A DNA stretch of 64,000 nucleotides from Chloroflexales bacterium (GTDB taxonomy: Bacteria; Chloroflexota; Chloroflexia; Chloroflexales; Kallotenuaceae), in the NCBI GenBank assembly GCA_038254585.1, contig JBBSGA010000001.1, forward strand, positions 37 through 64,036. The letters are read 5' to 3'. The notes under the pieces were generated by a model, which did not search any database, had not been told where the DNA came from, and was given only the letters and a program-made list of their open reading frames with translations. Below are positions 46,284-58,680 of this stretch, piece by piece. Numbering within the stretch: position 1 is the first letter of the stretch; every line of letters begins with the position of its first letter. A program made the position numbers and the translations under genes.

Positions 46284-46322
46284 AAAAAAGCGTGGGGGTT
46301 AGATACGCTCTAACCCCCACGC
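46284..46322 (-). terminator. Intrinsic terminator of the tRNA-Arg unit (hairpin also abuts the proA 3' end)
   Basis: Perfect 14-bp stem GCGTGGGGGTTAGA / TCTAACCCCCACGC (46290-46322). Plus-strand AAAAAA at 46284-46289 gives a T6 tail on the minus strand. Confidence 0.75.
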
Positions 46323-46325
46323 CGC

Positions 46326-46401
46326 TGGTGACCCCGGAGGGACTCGAACCCCCAACACTCAGTTCCGAAGACTGATGCTCTATCCATTGAGCTACGGGGC
46401 C
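46326..46401 (-). tRNA. tRNA-Arg (anticodon TCG), CCA encoded
   Basis: Hand-folded 76-nt cloverleaf. Acceptor GGCCCCG/CGGGGTC, D arm GCTC-AATGGATA-GAGC, anticodon arm TCAGT-CTTCGGA-ACTGA, T arm GGGGG-TTCGAGT-CCCTC, discriminator A, CCA. Confidence 0.95.
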
Positions 46402-46409
46402 GCGCGCTT

Positions 46410-46438
46410 AATATACCATTGTGGCTTTCAGGTCGCAA
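46410..46438 (-). promoter_or_regulatory. Promoter of tRNA-Arg (TTGCGA-N17-TATATT)
   Basis: Minus strand: -35 at 46438-46433 and -10 at 46415-46410. The tRNA 5' end (46401) lies 8 nt after the -10, so there is almost no 5' leader. Confidence 0.55.
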
Positions 46439-46519
46439 CCAGGAGCAGCAATTTCAGAGGTCAGGCCGGCCCCGGCCATGGAAGCCCACCTAACTCCCAC
46501 GGCCGAGGCTCCACGAGCG

Positions 46520-47545
46520 TCAGGGCGTAACGCGGAAAGGAGCTCTGGCCACTCGGCCTTTCCCCTGTGTATCCTCGGCTACGAAGACGTAGTTGCCGGG
46601 CTGTAGCTGGACACCGGCATAGTTTTTCGTGTCGATGTCGACAGTCGTAAAGCCATTCACGCCAACCTGCTTCGTCTGGCGGCCGCCAACGGCTGACCCG
46701 GCCTCGGTGGTAATCCTGTAGCTGATCTCCTGGTTCGGGTCGAAGCCAAACACGCCGACTGCGAAGAGCTCGCCGAAGCGGACGCAATTCGGCGCGGCGA
46801 TGGCGTTCTGAGCTTGGCCGATCCCTTCGCACCCGGCGAACGGCGCCGGTTCAGGTGTGGGAAGCGGGGACGGCGGCGGCGGCGGAGTACGGATTTCGTT
46901 ACCCAGCAAGCCAAGCAGCACCTTAAACTCGCGCGGCTTATCCAGGTGATACTCGAAGCGGGCCCGCTCGAACCACTGGGTCACAACCGTGTCGCCCGCG
47001 CCATTCGTCTCGACGGTAAAGTCCGAGAGCGGCAGCCCAAAGAGCGCCAGGGAGCGCTGGAAGGGATTGAGCGCCGGATCTTGCAGGCCATGACTCTGCC
47101 AGTAGCTCTTGAAGCCAACGCCCACTTCCAGATCACAGACATTGTGCTTCGTCTCCTGGAAGAACAGGCAGCCTTCCACCGGCTTGGCGGCATCAAAGCC
47201 GTGCCAGTCCCGGCCCTGTTGTTTCAAGCGATCATCTCCCAGCCGGCCGAGGAGCACGTCGTAGGGGTGGGCTTTCTCGGGATGGAGCTCGAAACGGTTG
47301 CGCTCGAAGTACTGCGTTAGGAAGCTACCTTCAGCCGTCTGCTCCGTCGCAGCGGCCGTGATCGGGTAGCCGAAGACGGCCAGGCCGCCATTTTGTTCCC
47401 AGTACTCGCGGAAACGCCCCTCGATACAGTTAGTAATACCGGGTACTCTGAAACAGAGCTGCGCGCTCTGCGCCTTCGCTGTAGGTGCGCCCAGAAGTCC
47501 AACGGCAAGCAACGCCGCCAGGACGAGCAGATGAGTACGACGCAT
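46520..47545 (-). CDS. Secreted hypothetical protein with repeated (F/Y)FER(N/A)RFE(L/Y)H modules and a Pro-rich linker
   Basis: Signal peptide MRRTHLLVLAALLAVGLLGAPTAKA. Repeated motifs YFERNRFELH and WFERARFEYH. PPPPPSPLPTPEP linker. ATG 47545 within ORF 46520-47629. Confidence 0.7.
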   Translation of the reverse strand: MRRTHLLVLAALLAVGLLGAPTAKAQSAQLCFRVPGITNCIEGRFREYWEQNGGLAVFGYPITAAATEQTAEGSFLTQYFERNRFELHPEKAHPYDVLLGRLGDDRLKQQGRDWHGFDAAKPVEGCLFFQETKHNVCDLEVGVGFKSYWQSHGLQDPALNPFQRSLALFGLPLSDFTVETNGAGDTVVTQWFERARFEYHLDKPREFKVLLGLLGNEIRTPPPPPSPLPTPEPAPFAGCEGIGQAQNAIAAPNCVRFGELFAVGVFGFDPNQEISYRITTEAGSAVGGRQTKQVGVNGFTTVDIDTKNYAGVQLQPGNYVFVAEDTQGKGRVARAPFRVTP

Positions 47546-47643
47546 GACCGAATTCCTTTCCTCCCACAACGGCACACCGCGAGGATCGCCCCCGCGGTGT
47601 GCTGCACGACTATCAGATGGGAACGCCAAGACGTGCCTGGAAC

Positions 47644-48489
47644 CTACTTGAGGCGCCTGCCCGTGCGGCTGAAAGCCTGGATCGGCAGTGGTGTCGCGGA
47701 AAGCGGATTGCCGACGTTGCGGACCTGAGCGGCGGTCGGTTGCGTGACAGGGCCCACCCCGAAGTTCACGCCGCCGATCAGCTTGCCGGCCGAGGCCGGG
47801 GCGGTCCCACCGGTGAGCACCGGCCCAAGGATCGGCACCACCTGCGAGACCTGATAAACCGTTGCCGCTTCAACCGGCTCACGGGTGGGGGAGTTCAGGA
47901 TCCCGTTGGTGGATCCGGAGGCGCTGCCGCCCTGCTCGATGCCCATGGCGCGGTTGAGGGCCTTGTGCTCGCACTCGATGCCCATAACGGAGGCGGCCGT
48001 CCACGCGAGATCCGGGCGCCCCAGCTCCGCGAAGCGGCGGACGGAGGCCATGTACGCGCCAATGAACGTGCCTTCGAGGACATCCGTCACGAATACGTAA
48101 AGCCCCAGGTTCTCGAGAATGCCGTTGGGAAAGAAGAACTTGTTGGCGAGCGGCTTGCCCCCGCTGGCGACGAGGAAGTCGAAGTGCGCTTGCTCCTGCG
48201 ACAAGGCCGACTTGAGATAGTTCTGGAATACCGGCCGCAGGCCCCCATAGAAACTACTGAGTGTGATAATGGAGTGGAAAGCCGTGATTGCCAGGGCTTC
48301 TGCCGTGGAGGCAAGATTCAGAATGGTCTGAGGATCATCGCCCGCGGGTGCCTGCGCGTTGGCCACGTCGTCGCCGAAGAACGTGGCAAAGCTGACCGCC
48401 GCCACGGCGCCGCCGATGCCCGCTGCCTTGAGCATTTTCCGCCGCGATACTTCCCGGTCTGCCAGCTGACCTTCGTCTCGTTTGTCCAT
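47644..48489 (-). CDS. Tat-signal ferritin-like domain protein
   Basis: SRRKMLKAAGIGGAVAA twin-arginine signal, then a helical region with E/H-containing motifs (AEALAITAFH, EQAHFDFL, GIECEH). Confidence 0.65.
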   Translation of the reverse strand: MDKRDEGQLADREVSRRKMLKAAGIGGAVAAVSFATFFGDDVANAQAPAGDDPQTILNLASTAEALAITAFHSIITLSSFYGGLRPVFQNYLKSALSQEQAHFDFLVASGGKPLANKFFFPNGILENLGLYVFVTDVLEGTFIGAYMASVRRFAELGRPDLAWTAASVMGIECEHKALNRAMGIEQGGSASGSTNGILNSPTREPVEAATVYQVSQVVPILGPVLTGGTAPASAGKLIGGVNFGVGPVTQPTAAQVRNVGNPLSATPLPIQAFSRTGRRLK

Positions 48490-48824
48490 AGTCCGAAACC
48501 TCCTCCGAAGTGTATCGCTTGCCTCACCGACGAGACAGGCACACTAGTGTTTTTTAAGAGCAAGAAATGTGCCCTGAGTTGCACATAGTTTGTGAAGTAA
48601 ATGCGCAGCACAACACCTGACTTGCCCTCGTCATAACTTCCTCTTCGAAGTGGAAGACCTATTTGGATCTCCGGATCGGGAGAGTTTCTGCCCGAATGGG
48701 TTTGACGAGGCGAACAGCTCCAGGCCTGGGTTGTAGGGCTCAACAGATTCTGATACACTGGAGCTGTAGGGACGAGTCGCGGGGCACAGGAGTCCCTTAG
48801 CCGACACATAGCTGCGACACAGGC

Positions 48825-49925
48825 ATGAGGTGGACGGTGGCGATGTCGCAAACCAGTCACACATCCCTCCCAATAGTAGCATTTCGCTGGCTACTCTGGG
48901 CTCTTGCGGCTACGCTGCTAAGCTTGCATGCAGGGATGGCTGCTCACCGCCCTCTAGTGCTCGCGATCGTCATCGCGAGCAGCGCGGTCTATCTGCTTGC
49001 ATGGAGTTTGCGACTTCATACCTTCATGCTCCAAGCCGAGCGCCGGCCAGCACTCCTTTTGGCAGACGTAGCTGCCAGCTGTTTCCCGGTGTGGCTTACG
49101 GGGGGTTGGGCCAGCCCATTCCTGCCATTCGCTCTCGGCGCTCTCATTCTTCCAGGTGTACTCTTTCACTGGCGCGGCGCGTTGGTAGCACTCATCGCCT
49201 ACGCGATTGTCGACCAGATTGTAGGCTGGAGCTCATGGCACCGAGGTATGCCTGTTCCACTGGGATCCCCATGGGGCATACTGAGCTACGTGCCGCCAGT
49301 GCTCGTCGCCTCGGTGTGGCCCTTGGGTATGGAGCTATGGCGCTGGCGGTCGCGGAAGCCGTCATTCCGAACTTCCGCTCCAATACTGCCGGCCCGCGTC
49401 CCCACGCCTCTTGGCGGCCGGTTGATGCGAGCGGTCGAGATCCCGAGCAACCCTATCCGGCACGAATCGGATGGAGCCGCCGCTCCCGCGTGGAGTCTTG
49501 CGCGCACCCGTTCCCAAACGCTCGAGCACCCGTCGACTATGGAGCTCTATGCTTCAATCCGGGAGGTCGTAGCGGAGGCCGAGGAGCAGGGGCTGACCGT
49601 TCATCTCGTCTTTGACGGCGCCGAGCCAGCATTGCCCCAGGATCATATCCAGCTCCTAGGCAAGGCTATCGAAGTTGGGCTCGACAATATACGCCGCCAT
49701 GCCCACGCGGACGAGGCGGAGGTTACAGTTGCCGCCGAGGGAAGCGCTCTTCTACTCACGGTGCGCGATCATGGCATAGGTCTGCTCGACGGCACGGCGG
49801 AGCCACCCGGCTTCCACCAGCTTCGACGACTGCGCTATCGGCTGCAAGAGATCGAGGGCGCGCTGGACGTGAGCGAAGACGAGGCCGGAGGCGTGCTACT
49901 AAAGATCCAGGTCCCCTGTCCCTAG
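48825..49925 (+). CDS. Membrane protein with C-terminal HATPase_c-like domain and no recognisable phospho-acceptor His box
   Basis: About 5 TM helices. C-terminus carries an N-box-like GLDNIRRHAHA and a G1-like DHGIGL. No HisKA/HisKA_3 H-box was found between them. Confidence 0.55.
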   Translation: MRWTVAMSQTSHTSLPIVAFRWLLWALAATLLSLHAGMAAHRPLVLAIVIASSAVYLLAWSLRLHTFMLQAERRPALLLADVAASCFPVWLTGGWASPFLPFALGALILPGVLFHWRGALVALIAYAIVDQIVGWSSWHRGMPVPLGSPWGILSYVPPVLVASVWPLGMELWRWRSRKPSFRTSAPILPARVPTPLGGRLMRAVEIPSNPIRHESDGAAAPAWSLARTRSQTLEHPSTMELYASIREVVAEAEEQGLTVHLVFDGAEPALPQDHIQLLGKAIEVGLDNIRRHAHADEAEVTVAAEGSALLLTVRDHGIGLLDGTAEPPGFHQLRRLRYRLQEIEGALDVSEDEAGGVLLKIQVPCP

Positions 49926-49939
49926 AAGCTCCAGTTTCC

Positions 49940-51613
49940 CTATCCATAGAAATCCGTGTAGCCTTCTTGCTCCAGACGCCGGAGCATACGGCGGACCTTT
50001 GCCGCCGACTCGGGAAAGCGATCGGCGGTGGATTGCCCCGCGGCCTGCAGCACTGCCAGCAGATCGCCGAGTGCCTTGCGCATACGTGGACCATCCTCAC
50101 CGCGTAGCTTCGGCAGGATCTTCTGTTTGATCTGGAGATCGAGCGCCTGCTCTACCGGAAGAACCTCTCGTGCGCGCTCGAGATAGCGCAGAACTTCCGC
50201 AATCGTTCGGTAGCCAAACGGCTGGCCAATCTCCGACAAGATCGCGTGGAGCTCCATCAGGATCGGCCAGGCAGTTGGATCGACGGCGGTGGGGTAGGTG
50301 CGCCGAAAGGCATCGAGGTCGACCTCCGTGAGCTCGATCACGTTCGCCCGGTCAAGTAGCTTATCAGAAAGCGCGAAGGTCGATTCGTCGACGTTGACCG
50401 TCCCGGTAAGCGCCACGTTCAGCGGCAGGCGGAACGGGTTGCGCAAGGTCTCGCCCTCGGACGTCGAGACGGCAGCCCCAGGTGCGCCGAGGTCGACCAG
50501 ATGCTCGGTCGTCTCGAGGGCGGACAGGAGCGGCGCCAGATAGTACTCGGGCCGTGCGAGATTGAGCTCGTCAAGACAGACATAGTAGGGCTGCTGCGGA
50601 TCGCCGGCCGCGCGGTGCAGGAACCGCAAGAGCGCCGTCGGGTGGAAGAGGCCGGTCAGCCCGTTGTAGTACCCTAGTAAGTCACGCGCGTTATGCCAAT
50701 CGGGCTGCACGGCAACCAGGAGATAGAAGGGATTCGCCGCGGCCGGCGATTGTATACCGTGCACGGCATCGGCGTAGAGCCGCGTCAGGAGCGTCTTGCC
50801 CGTGCCAGAGATGCCCGGTAAGATCACGAGCGGCTTGGTCTGGAGCGCGACGTGATAGGCCCGCAGGATCTGATCGTCATAGGCGAAGCCGCCGGTGGCG
50901 ATCCGCTCGGCGATCACGTCGAAGGCTGGCAGGCGTGAGATCGTCGTATATGCCGCCGGGCGCTCGCGCAGAGGCTCTCCGCCCCACTCGACGGTCTCCA
51001 CCTCCTCCATGATCGCCTCGTTGAGCGGAAGCAGACGCAGCGCATCCTGGATCAGCAGCGTACTGAAGTCCGCCGCCGCGACTCTTGGATCATCCCAGCT
51101 ATAGGCATAGCCGGCCCAGAGGTACTGGGCATCCGAGCGAAGATATGCGTCGAGCCACAGAGCGCCTTCCAGGGGGGCACCGGTAAAGCGCGCCTCGGGG
51201 ATAGCGTCCACGAGCGACTGCCACACCGCTCGCCCCGCCTCCCAGACGCGGCGAAGCGCATCTTTGCGCGCACCCCACAGCGTGAGCCCCACCAGAATCG
51301 TGCGCTCGTCACCGCTCACTCCGACGTAAATGCCTGAGCCGCGCGGGGGCCGGTCGAGAGCGAAATGGTATTCGCCGATCGGCTCGCGCCGGCCGCGGCC
51401 GCGGTTCAGGTAGCGCGCCGTCTTCCAAGTTATCTCGTAGAGCGGCCACTCACGGCCAAGCTGGGCTCGACCGGCCGTCGCGAGCTGTTCCGCCAATGCC
51501 GCCAGGATCGGATGAAGGTGCTCCTGTACTGCCACCCAACGCTCCCCGACGCCTGGCTTCGCCAGACTCTGAAGGGCATCGTGCGTAAATCCTTGAAAAG
51601 GCAGCTCGGTCAT
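49940..51613 (-). CDS. McrB-like AAA+ (AAA_5/COG1401-type) NTPase with uncharacterised ~240-aa N-terminal domain
   Basis: Walker A GISGTGKT, Walker B-like YVCLDELNLARPEYYLAPLLSALE, and TGTVNVDESTFALSDKLLDRANVIEL, which resembles the McrB MNxxDRS...RRF block. Confidence 0.7.
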   Translation of the reverse strand: MTELPFQGFTHDALQSLAKPGVGERWVAVQEHLHPILAALAEQLATAGRAQLGREWPLYEITWKTARYLNRGRGRREPIGEYHFALDRPPRGSGIYVGVSGDERTILVGLTLWGARKDALRRVWEAGRAVWQSLVDAIPEARFTGAPLEGALWLDAYLRSDAQYLWAGYAYSWDDPRVAAADFSTLLIQDALRLLPLNEAIMEEVETVEWGGEPLRERPAAYTTISRLPAFDVIAERIATGGFAYDDQILRAYHVALQTKPLVILPGISGTGKTLLTRLYADAVHGIQSPAAANPFYLLVAVQPDWHNARDLLGYYNGLTGLFHPTALLRFLHRAAGDPQQPYYVCLDELNLARPEYYLAPLLSALETTEHLVDLGAPGAAVSTSEGETLRNPFRLPLNVALTGTVNVDESTFALSDKLLDRANVIELTEVDLDAFRRTYPTAVDPTAWPILMELHAILSEIGQPFGYRTIAEVLRYLERAREVLPVEQALDLQIKQKILPKLRGEDGPRMRKALGDLLAVLQAAGQSTADRFPESAAKVRRMLRRLEQEGYTDFYG

Positions 51614-51732
51614 CGGCCATCAGCAACCAGTTGCTCCCCCAGCACAAAAGCTGGGCGCCCTACTACAGGACGCCCAGTACCGCACAACCATTGCCCGCAA
51701 GGTCTACCAACGCCGGATCTTCGCGAAGTTCC

Positions 51733-52434
51733 CTATGCCGTGGGCGGGCGGAGGTAAATCCGCTCGTCGTCGAAGTCCATCGGCAGAGCTACGGGGGGCT
51801 CGTCGACGTCGGGCAGGCGGGACGACGACAAATACTCTGTCATCGCGACCAGCAGATCGCGGACTTCCGAGCAAGCATCTTCGAGCACATCCTCGAGCGC
51901 GTCCAGCTCATGAATCGGGTCGCCGATGGTCCACACCTGGTGGGCCTTGAGTTGTGTGATCCGGATTTCACCACCCGCAAACTGGACGTTCGCATCGACG
52001 CTGACGACATTCTTATGGTCGATCATGCTGCGGTGCATATCCTGCACGGAGTGAACAAGACGTGGAAGCATCGTCACATCGTCGCCTATCGGGCGGTGGA
52101 TCGGGATCGTGTAAGTCACGTCGAGCGCCAGCGACGCCTCGTAAGCGCAGCCGACTAAAGCATGAGAGCAGGCAACATTGTCGCCATGGTAGCGCTCGCA
52201 CAGGGCCTCGGTCCCGATCGTCGAGATCGCGGTCATGGCCGCATCCCAGCGAAAACCGAGCGATGCTTGGATCGAGCTGGGCCGGGGCGACGCCTGGCCT
52301 GGCGGCAAGCAGGACATAGTAAATGTGCGCTGGAGTGAGTGCGGATCGATTGCCTCATCTGATTGCCACACATTCAACCCGACTTGCTCCGCACTATCGA
52401 GCAGCGCATCGGAGATTGTCTCGTACGAGAGCAT
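51733..52434 (-). CDS. Hypothetical protein (233 aa), no recognisable domain
   Basis: Clean ORF on the same strand, 119 nt upstream of the McrB-like gene. Acidic C-terminus. Confidence 0.55.
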   Translation of the reverse strand: MLSYETISDALLDSAEQVGLNVWQSDEAIDPHSLQRTFTMSCLPPGQASPRPSSIQASLGFRWDAAMTAISTIGTEALCERYHGDNVACSHALVGCAYEASLALDVTYTIPIHRPIGDDVTMLPRLVHSVQDMHRSMIDHKNVVSVDANVQFAGGEIRITQLKAHQVWTIGDPIHELDALEDVLEDACSEVRDLLVAMTEYLSSSRLPDVDEPPVALPMDFDDERIYLRPPTA

Positions 52435-52562
52435 AAGACCTTTCCTCCCGGGAAGTCAGGGCAATTATAGCATAGGCGTCGTTCTTTTGGGGAATACAGA
52501 CGGCGATCGGCACACGGGCTGAGCACAAATGTTCGATCGGCACGGCAGATCGGCGCCAGGTG

Positions 52563-52571
52563 TGGTATAAT
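52563..52571 (+). promoter_or_regulatory. Extended -10 TGGTATAAT, 10 nt before ATG 52582 (leaderless-type)
   Basis: TATAAT at 52566-52571. No SD between it and the ATG. Confidence 0.45.
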
Positions 52572-52581
52572 AGTTGTACAT

Positions 52582-53553
52582 ATGATGCATCGTAAAGCCA
52601 CAAATGCTGCCCGCCCGCCGTCACTTGTAGACACTGTCGGAACCGGGTTCCGAGCCTTGAATCGGGCGCTCCCGGCGCTTCTTGTTCCACTCATCTTGGA
52701 TGTGTGGTACTGGGTAGGGCCACGTATTTCGATCCATCCGCTCGTGGAGTGGGTGCGCAAGGCCTTCGACCCTACGACTTGGCAGCAGCTGCGCACGCAA
52801 GTCGACCCGCTGATGCTTTCGGACCGTCTGTTCGATCTGAAGTACGCCGGTCAGATCGAGGGAAGGCTGCCCTTCTGGCAGCGTATCTACGCGCTGGAGC
52901 CCGCCGCGAGCGCACCCATGCTCTTTCGGCCAGCTACCTGGTACGTCGGCGGATTTCTCACGCTCTTCGCGGCGGTGATCGCGATCAATATCGTGCTGAC
53001 ACTCTTGACGGCGATCTATTTGATCCCGTTAGCCGACATCATTCGTGGTGGCACCGCGCCTCGAAGCTGGATCAGGCGTGTACTTCGTGCCTGGGTGTCT
53101 CAGCTCGGCGTCGTCGGTATCATTCTGACCTTCTTCATCGTGATCGGCGTTCCGCTGCTCACAGTAGCAGGCGTTTTGACGACAGTCGCGCCGGCTCTCG
53201 GCAACTTTATGGCGGTTTTTTCGATGGCAGTCCTGCTCTGGATCGTTTTCACCGCTAGTTTTGCATATGACGCGATCGTGGTGAGCGACGCGGGGCCAAT
53301 TGGAGCGATGCTGGCCAGCTTGCTGATCATACGCAAGTCGTTCTGGGGCGCCGTCGGGCTCTACCTCCTCAACTTCTTTATTTTGGCCGGCCTGAGTATT
53401 ATCTGGGACGGGCTGATGGGCTCACTCCCCGGGTTGATCGTCGCGATGCTCTCGAGCGCCTACGTCGGGGCAGGCCTCGCGGCGGCGCATCTCGTCTTCT
53501 ACCGCGACCGTCTACCGGTGTCGGCTGCCCGTAAACCCGAATCTCAAGCATAA
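52582..53553 (+). CDS. Hypothetical polytopic membrane protein (323 aa)
   Basis: At least 6 hydrophobic helices. No motif recognised. Ends 15 nt before gyrB. Confidence 0.65.
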   Translation: MMHRKATNAARPPSLVDTVGTGFRALNRALPALLVPLILDVWYWVGPRISIHPLVEWVRKAFDPTTWQQLRTQVDPLMLSDRLFDLKYAGQIEGRLPFWQRIYALEPAASAPMLFRPATWYVGGFLTLFAAVIAINIVLTLLTAIYLIPLADIIRGGTAPRSWIRRVLRAWVSQLGVVGIILTFFIVIGVPLLTVAGVLTTVAPALGNFMAVFSMAVLLWIVFTASFAYDAIVVSDAGPIGAMLASLLIIRKSFWGAVGLYLLNFFILAGLSIIWDGLMGSLPGLIVAMLSSAYVGAGLAAAHLVFYRDRLPVSAARKPESQA

Positions 53554-56793
<3,240 letters not shown>

Positions 56794-56811
56794 TAGGCGG
56801 TAGTGAAAGCA

Positions 56812-56858
56812 GGAGGCAGCCACATCAATGTTTGGATGGCGGGCCTCCCCTTTTTATT
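56812..56858 (+). terminator. Probable intrinsic terminator after gyrB
   Basis: GGAGGC (56812-56817) ... GCCTCC (56843-56848) with imperfect inner pairing, followed by CCTTTTTATT. Confidence 0.55.
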
Positions 56859-56984
56859 CGTGCTCACTGCCTATGTGCGATTGGAACAGGATGTGAGTCC
56901 AAACATGGCACGCTCTTTACGCTGGACGTCGGCAGACCTTGACGTGCTGCCTGATGAGTGAAATTCCGCACCCTTCGTCCCGGA

Positions 56985-57019
56985 CAAAGAAAAACGGCCC
57001 GGCTGAATCCAGCCGGGCC
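56985..57019 (-). terminator. Intrinsic terminator after the MFS gene
   Basis: Perfect 10-bp stem GGCCCGGCTG (56996-57005) / CAGCCGGGCC (57010-57019) with loop AATC. The minus strand continues GTTTTTCTTT. Confidence 0.7.
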
Positions 57020-57048
57020 TCCTAACGTCTACCGAAGAGCATAGCGCG

Positions 57049-58671
57049 TCAATGCGCGGGCGTAGCTGCCGCCGCGCTACGACCGGCCCATTTGAGGGGC
57101 CATCCCGGAAGGAAGAGCCCGATAACGATCGCCAGCATCGCGATGTAGAACGTCCAGGTGTAGGAGCGGTCGAAGCCGGCCAGGTTCTCACTACACGCCT
57201 GCTGGATGCCCTGGGCGATCTGCTTTTGAGCCGGCTGCGGCAGGTTCTTAGGCAGGCCCGGCGGCAGGTTGAGCGCTCCCGGCGGCAGGCCCGGCGTTTC
57301 GCAGACCCCGAACCGCTCGGCGGTCTTCACGCGTGTCGCCTCCTGAAATTGCTGCTGCTGAGCCTTCACCTGCGGTGAGAGTGTGCTCACAAGGATCGTG
57401 GCCAGAATCGCGACGCCGACCGACTGCACCACGAAGCGCGTGGAATTGACCAGCGACGAGCCGCGTGGAAGGGTATTACGCGGAACCGCGGAGAGAGCAG
57501 TCGCAAATGTGGTCTGCACAGTCATCCCCAGTGCCATACCGCGTAGGGAGAGCAGGAAGAGAATCCAGCTAATCGGCGTCGTCGCCTCGAGCTTCGCAAG
57601 CTGCCACGTGTTGATCAGCAGGATCGTGAATCCCGTTACCACGAGCGGACGCGGCCCGATCTTGTCGTAGAGCCGGCCCGCTATCGGAGTGACGACACCT
57701 GATGTCAGCGCCATGGGTAGCAGGATGAAGCCGGTCGCCAGGGCCGTCCGTCCGCGCAGCGCCTGGAGATAGACGGGCAGGAGGAACTCGGCGCCAAAGA
57801 GCGCGAGAACCGTAACATAGCCGATAAGGCTCGCCGTGAGGAACGTGGGCCGTTTGTAAAGGCGGAGATCCAGCAGCGGCTCTTTCGCCACAAATAGCTC
57901 GATCAGACCGAACGCCAGCAGTGAGGCGGCGCCGATGCCGAACCAGGTCAGCACCCCGGTCGAGCTCCAGCCCCGGTCGGCCGCAATCGAGGCGGCATAC
58001 AGCACCGACCCAAATCCGGCGATGGCCGTGATGAGGCCCAACGGATCAAGTGCCGGCTTGCGCGGATGCTTGTTCTCGCGCAGGAACCGCGACGCCAGTG
58101 TCAGGCCGACCAGCCCAACCGGAATGTTGATGAAGAAGATCGCGCGCCACAGATTCTGGTCGACGAGCCAGCCCCCGAGGATTGGGCCGAGTGCGGGCGC
58201 AACCACCAGGGCAATGCCGAAGTAGCCAAGCGCCAGACCCTGCTCTTCCACCGGAAAGGCGGAGTAGAGCAGCGCCGATGCGAGCGGCTGCGCGACCCCG
58301 CCGCCGGCCCCTTGAAGTGCGCGCGCCGCCACGAGGAACCAGAGGTTCGGCGAGAGGCCGCACAGGACCGAGCCGAGCACGAAGACCATGAGCCCGCCGA
58401 TATACATCCGCTTGCTCCCGAACCGGTCGGCCAGGTAGCCTGATATCGGAGTGCTCACCCCGAGCGCAAGCACATAGACGCTGATAATCCACTGCGAGTC
58501 GTTCAGCGTAGCGCCGAACTCGCCGCGCAAGGTCTGAAAGGCCACATTCACGACGGTCGTGTCGAGGATGATCATGAAGATGCCGAAGACGACCGAGATC
58601 AGCACCTTCCACTTGTAGGCCAGCCGGCCCTGAGGCTCAGATTCCGCCTGAGCCGGTCTCTGTTGGTCCAT
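57049..58671 (-). CDS. MFS transporter, DHA2 (EmrB/QacA, 14-TMS) drug:H+ antiporter family
   Basis: 540 aa, about 14 helices. Motif A-like GYLADRFGSKRM and motif C-like region. Confidence 0.9.
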   Translation of the reverse strand: MDQQRPAQAESEPQGRLAYKWKVLISVVFGIFMIILDTTVVNVAFQTLRGEFGATLNDSQWIISVYVLALGVSTPISGYLADRFGSKRMYIGGLMVFVLGSVLCGLSPNLWFLVAARALQGAGGGVAQPLASALLYSAFPVEEQGLALGYFGIALVVAPALGPILGGWLVDQNLWRAIFFINIPVGLVGLTLASRFLRENKHPRKPALDPLGLITAIAGFGSVLYAASIAADRGWSSTGVLTWFGIGAASLLAFGLIELFVAKEPLLDLRLYKRPTFLTASLIGYVTVLALFGAEFLLPVYLQALRGRTALATGFILLPMALTSGVVTPIAGRLYDKIGPRPLVVTGFTILLINTWQLAKLEATTPISWILFLLSLRGMALGMTVQTTFATALSAVPRNTLPRGSSLVNSTRFVVQSVGVAILATILVSTLSPQVKAQQQQFQEATRVKTAERFGVCETPGLPPGALNLPPGLPKNLPQPAQKQIAQGIQQACSENLAGFDRSYTWTFYIAMLAIVIGLFLPGWPLKWAGRSAAAATPAH

Positions 58672-58680
58672 GTGTCCCCT

